Origin: Trueperaceae bacterium
Lineage (GTDB): Bacteria > Deinococcota > Deinococci > Deinococcales > Trueperaceae
Assembly: GCA_965213705.1 (NCBI GenBank)
Contig: OZ243913.1
Span: 224,001-288,000 of the forward strand
Direction of reading: 5' to 3'
Length of the DNA: 64,000 bases
Position numbers and translations under genes: made by a program. Of this stretch, positions 60,143 to 64,000 are shown in pieces. A model generated the notes under the pieces. That model was given only the letters and a program-made list of their open reading frames with translations. It was not told where the DNA came from and did not search any database. The first letter of the stretch is position 1; the number at the start of each line of letters is the position of its first letter.

Positions 60143-62259
60143 GCTTTACCCTGCTCAACCGCCTCGATAAACCGGCTCAACTCTGCACTTATGTTGTCCA
60201 AATCGTTTATTCCCGTGTTCTTGCCCGTAGCGTCGTAGCCTATGTCTTCGGCGATTACCATAAATATCGGGTAGTCCTCGAGCGTCCTTTGTTTTTGCTC
60301 GGTGTAAACTTCTTCCAAGGTCTCTTTCAACTCGTCTACCTTTTCTTTATAAAGCGCGTTGACACTGTTCCGCCAATCTTTGTAAGCTGGCGAGTTCTTC
60401 AGGGCTTTGCCGCTCAACCTGTCTGGATTTTCAAAGCCGCGCAGTTCGGCTAGGTGCTTCTTTTTCTCGGCGTCAATGTCTCTTAACTTTTTCAGGTAGA
60501 CGTACTCTTCTTTGATAGCGTCCTGCAACGCCACTTTTTGCTGTTGGATGCGCTCCGTAGTGGCTTTGGTGTGCTTTTTCAGGAAGAGGACGGAGCTTTT
60601 GACGCCTGCGCCGGTGGCGGAAAAAGCGGTTTGCGGCATACTGACCACGGCGATGATTCGGTAGCTCTCTTCTATGCCGTCACGCACGTATTGCAGGCTC
60701 GAGTTGGTCAGTATGCCGTCCGGCACGACCATTGCCAAGTAGCCGCCTTCTTTTAAGAAGTTGTGGCACTGCTCGATAAAGAGAATTTCGGTGTTCTGGT
60801 TGTCACGCTCGCTTTGTTTGCTTTTGGGGTTGAGCCAGCCGACATCTTTCTGCGCGAAACCGTAGTTTTTCATGTAGGCTTGCTCAGTCTGCTTCACGAC
60901 GGAGCCAAAAGGTGGATTGGTAATAACAAAATCGAACGTGCCGTACTTGAAGCCGTGATTGTTGGTTTTGTTGATGATGTCTTCGCTTGGTACAAGCCCG
61001 TCGGACGCGATGACGTTTGTGTGGCCGTCGTCGTGAATAATCATGTTCATCTTGGCGACGCGGGCAATCTGTTCGTTTATTTCAATGCCGAAAAGATTCT
61101 TTTCGGCAAAGTCGTGCCAGTATTTATAGTGCTCTATGGTGCCCTCGTTGTAATAGTTGTTGGCTTGATGCCTGATTTTGTCGAGTGCGTGGAGCAGAAA
61201 GCCGCCACTGCCGCAGGAGGTGTCCAATACTTTCGATTCATTGGTGATAGGTAAAACATCGACGATAAATTTAACAATAGGACGAGGTGTAAAGTATTGC
61301 CCGAAGTCACCCCTGAAAAACGAACCCATGAAGGTCTCGAAGGCGCGGCCCTTGCTGTCCAAGTCGGTCTTGCCTAAGTCAACGCCCTCTAAATAACCGA
61401 CGACGGTACGAAGCTTTTCCGCGCTCAAACGTATGTCTTCTTTAAAAACTTCGGGGTCTTTAGTGCGGCCCTCCTCATAAAGAGCTTTGACACGTTTGAG
61501 AAGTTCTTGGTTGGTTTTCTCTTCGCTGTCTTCCTGAAAAATCTGAAAGTCGTAAGCTGCCCCCGGTTTACGCGGTTTTCGCTCGTCCCAAATTTTACAG
61601 AAGATAAGTTTGTCCAGTTCGTCAAAGGCGGATGACGGGTTGAGTTCACCGCCGCCCCAGAGCGCTTGGTGAGCTTGCTTAAAGCGCCGAGTCAACTCTT
61701 CCTGTTCTACCGTTTCCAGCGCAAACAGCTTTTGCCCGTCGGGGCTGGTGCCGCCGTTCTTCGCATACTTGTATTTAGCAATGTTGGCAACACCGTACTG
61801 AGGTATATCTGGGATGGTAATGCGGCCTTTGGGCTTCTCTTTGGGGACTTCGTAGTATTCATCTTTGATACCCGAAGTCGTCCAAACATACTTCGCGCCT
61901 TCGGCAACGGCGTAGCTGAAAGCTTGTTCGGTCGCCTGCTTGAACTCGAGTTCTGATACTTCTTCTTTCTTACATTCCGCAATAATGTAAGGTGACAAGC
62001 GTTCGTCATCGTTGTAGACGATAATGTCCGCTTCACGTTTGCTCGCGCCCATCGTCACGTTCACGAATTGGCGTATGCGTTCGGGAGAGTAGCCGTAGGT
62101 CAGGATGAGTTTCAAAAAGGTTTCAGCTTGAACCTCTTCTTCCGGGTTTTTGAAGTTTCTACGTTTGTTTTCGTTGTGGTAAGTGATGTACTTCTGGTCG
62201 TTGTCCTGCGTGACAACCGAAATAAATCCTTTGTTGATGCCTTCAGCTAGTAAACTCAT
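60139..62259 (-). CDS. Fused endonuclease (HsdR-N-like PD-(D/E)xK) and N6-adenine DNA methyltransferase
   Basis: NPEEEVQ, ADIIVY...AECKK, GQYFTPR, DTSCGSGGFL, ITNPPFG. Confidence 0.88.
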   Translation of the reverse strand: MSLLAEGINKGFISVVTQDNDQKYITYHNENKRRNFKNPEEEVQAETFLKLILTYGYSPERIRQFVNVTMGASKREADIIVYNDDERLSPYIIAECKKEEVSELEFKQATEQAFSYAVAEGAKYVWTTSGIKDEYYEVPKEKPKGRITIPDIPQYGVANIAKYKYAKNGGTSPDGQKLFALETVEQEELTRRFKQAHQALWGGGELNPSSAFDELDKLIFCKIWDERKPRKPGAAYDFQIFQEDSEEKTNQELLKRVKALYEEGRTKDPEVFKEDIRLSAEKLRTVVGYLEGVDLGKTDLDSKGRAFETFMGSFFRGDFGQYFTPRPIVKFIVDVLPITNESKVLDTSCGSGGFLLHALDKIRHQANNYYNEGTIEHYKYWHDFAEKNLFGIEINEQIARVAKMNMIIHDDGHTNVIASDGLVPSEDIINKTNNHGFKYGTFDFVITNPPFGSVVKQTEQAYMKNYGFAQKDVGWLNPKSKQSERDNQNTEILFIEQCHNFLKEGGYLAMVVPDGILTNSSLQYVRDGIEESYRIIAVVSMPQTAFSATGAGVKSSVLFLKKHTKATTERIQQQKVALQDAIKEEYVYLKKLRDIDAEKKKHLAELRGFENPDRLSGKALKNSPAYKDWRNSVNALYKEKVDELKETLEEVYTEQKQRTLEDYPIFMVIAEDIGYDATGKNTGINDLDNISAELSRFIEAVEQGKA

Positions 62260-62319
62260 TGCCCTCGAGTTTAACCCTTTGTTCGTTGGGATTCAAAACT
62301 CGTTTTGTTGGTTTTTAGC

Positions 62320-62574
62320 TTAATGTAAGCTCGAGCCTGTTTCGGGATGACGAGTGTTACTGCCTCGAGTGAGCGCCATAATCTCGTCCGTGCTCAGCTT
62401 GACGGTAGCAACGCCGCGCAACCGTTCGAAAGGACTGTCTTCGTTACTTTCTTTTTTGACCAACAAAACTTTGTTCTCCTCGACCACAAAATCGACTTCG
62501 CTGTAGGGAGTAAGCCCCAGTTTTTCGCGAATCGCTTGCGGAATGGTCACTTGCCCTTTGCTGGTGACACGCAC
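62320..62574 (-). CDS. AbrB/MazE/SpoVT-family antitoxin
   Basis: MRVTSKGQVTIPQAIREKLGL...STDEIMALTRG. AAGGAG RBS. Confidence 0.88.
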   Translation of the reverse strand: MRVTSKGQVTIPQAIREKLGLTPYSEVDFVVEENKVLLVKKESNEDSPFERLRGVATVKLSTDEIMALTRGSNTRHPETGSSLH

Positions 62575-62645
62575 TTGAAAACTCCTTAATCATACCTGGT
62601 AAGAGTATTACTTTAGCATCCTCTCGCTCATCTTTGAATCCAAAA

Positions 62646-63455
62646 TTACCCCTCGCCCCGTTGCTGCAACGCTTCGCGCAACCCGGCCAGCTCGAGCCGC
62701 AGCGCTCTAATATCTTCACTCCCAGCTACTTCCGCCTCGCCGTTCGCCGCGTCGCGGCCGATAAAGAAGCTCGCCAGCGTCGCGGTCAGGTAGCCGAACA
62801 CGGCGAAACCGTAAACCGCCAGCAGCAGGCACAAGATGCGCCCCTCGGCCGTTCGCGGCCAGTATTCCGAGCCGAGCGAGGTGAGCAGCATGGCCGTCCA
62901 CCACAACGCTTCGCCGTAGTTGGCAAAGCCTGCGTCGTCCGGTAAACCGCTTTCGAACGCATACATGCCGGCACCCCCGGCCAAAATCACGAGGATGGTG
63001 AGCGCCAGCACGTAGCCGAAACCGCGGCGGCTCATGGTCGCGGCGAGTGCGTTCATGCCGCGGTTGATAGAGGCGACCACCCGCACGAGTCGCAAGCCCC
63101 GCGTCGCCCTGGACAAGCGCAACAGGCGCACCACCCGGAACGCGCGGAAAACCCGCAGCGCCGGAATCAGGAGCGACACGGCCGTGAGCAAGTTGCGGCG
63201 CAGGTAGCGGCCCTTGCGCGGCGCGAGCGCAAAACGCACGATGAAGTCCACGATGAAAATCGCCCAGATGGCGAGCCCCAGCGTCTCGAACAGCGGGCTC
63301 GAGCCCCAGATGAACTCTACCAACAGCAACGCCAACCACACAAAGCCGAGTACGATGAGCGGCGTGTCGAGCCATTCGTCGAGCTGCTGCAAGACCTCTA
63401 AGCGTTCGTTCTCGTGCTCGGGCGTGTTCGCCGCGCCGGAAGGTTGTCCGTCCAT
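62646..63455 (-). CDS. Voltage-gated-type ion channel protein
   Basis: Transmembrane helices, Arg-periodic S4 (RVFRAFRVVRLLRLSR), pore helix ALWW...TSLGSEYWP. Confidence 0.85.
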   Translation of the reverse strand: MDGQPSGAANTPEHENERLEVLQQLDEWLDTPLIVLGFVWLALLLVEFIWGSSPLFETLGLAIWAIFIVDFIVRFALAPRKGRYLRRNLLTAVSLLIPALRVFRAFRVVRLLRLSRATRGLRLVRVVASINRGMNALAATMSRRGFGYVLALTILVILAGGAGMYAFESGLPDDAGFANYGEALWWTAMLLTSLGSEYWPRTAEGRILCLLLAVYGFAVFGYLTATLASFFIGRDAANGEAEVAGSEDIRALRLELAGLREALQQRGEG

Positions 63456-63600
63456 GATTCTCTCCCGGAACAGTTTAACCGGCTCGGGCACACTTCTCGA
63501 GCAGAGGAGCAGAGGAGAAAAAGCTTTTGACTTTACTTTCCCCTTTCTCCTCTTCCCTTTTCCCTCTTCACTTTCTACTTTCCACTCGGTCCTCGGTACT

Positions 63601-63999
63601 TTAGATCTCCGTCACCTGCGTCCCGCCCGTCTCAAACTTCAGCATCATCTCCCGCAACTCGGGCAGCGCCCTGCGCACGGCGTCTTGTTGGCCGTCGGGG
63701 CAGCAGACCATCACAAAGGCGCTGATTTTGCCGCCGGGAAGCTGCGCGTAAGCGCCCGTGGCGCGCACGCGAGCGACCACGTCCAGCACGTAGTCGTCCA
63801 CGAAGTGACCGGGCAACCGTTGTTTGAGACTTTGCATCTCGCCGACGAGTGCGGCGACGCGGGCCAGTTCGCTAGCCTCGAGCGCGCCTTCTAGGTCGTA
63901 GCCGCTGCGGCGGATGGCGTGGAGCGTTTCGACGGCCTCGCCCATGTGGCTGTTCAGGAGTGCCAGCGAGGGCTTGCTTTTGTGGTGGCGGCCGCCGTA
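63601..63999 (-). CDS. C-terminal part of a possible GHMP-kinase-like protein, running off the window edge
   Basis: The frame is open to the window end. Helical pattern and terminal LKFETGGTQV resemble sugar-kinase C-domains. Confidence 0.45.
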   Translation of the reverse strand, partial: YGGRHHKSKPSLALLNSHMGEAVETLHAIRRSGYDLEGALEASELARVAALVGEMQSLKQRLPGHFVDDYVLDVVARVRATGAYAQLPGGKISAFVMVCCPDGQQDAVRRALPELREMMLKFETGGTQVTEI

Positions 64000-64000
64000 A

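Noticed and set aside
63500..63590. Purine/pyrimidine-skewed low-complexity intergenic tract
   Set aside because: No consistent repeat unit or clear hairpin, so no function can be supported.

Overview
A 64 kb window of high-GC bacterial chromosome, most likely Deinococcota (Trueperaceae-like). The assignment is an inference from gene content, a Thermus-type pilin/ComZ locus and many apparently leaderless genes with a TAnnnT box 5-8 nt before the start codon. Housekeeping genes: folE, AlaX-like, mreB, argF-argC-argJ, lpdA, sthA, pgi, pgl, ade, serA plus a class V aminotransferase, lnt, metF-metH. There is a compact envelope cluster (mreB, SpoIVB-like, lpxD, lpxC, GnnA-like, fabZ, lpxA, lpxB-like, msbA-like, SAM methyltransferase), notable for this phylum and interrupted by an AT-rich DUF4238 gene. 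A toxin-antitoxin/IS island occupies 30.4-36.2 kb, and a two-gene fused RM + S restriction-modification system sits at 58.7-62.3 kb. The strongest unannotated signal is at motif level. CTCGAG (often GCTCGAGC) is strongly over-represented and GATC is nearly absent. Several apparent deletion or chimera junctions fall on CTCGAG: a collapsed type ISP RM gene, a second stub of the same gene, a truncated IS4, an apparently deleted PIN toxin and a chimeric antitoxin. This suggests a HIP1-like or cut-and-religate remodelling process. Motif counts were made by eye, and family calls come from recognised motifs rather than database searches. No rRNA, tRNA or CRISPR array was seen.
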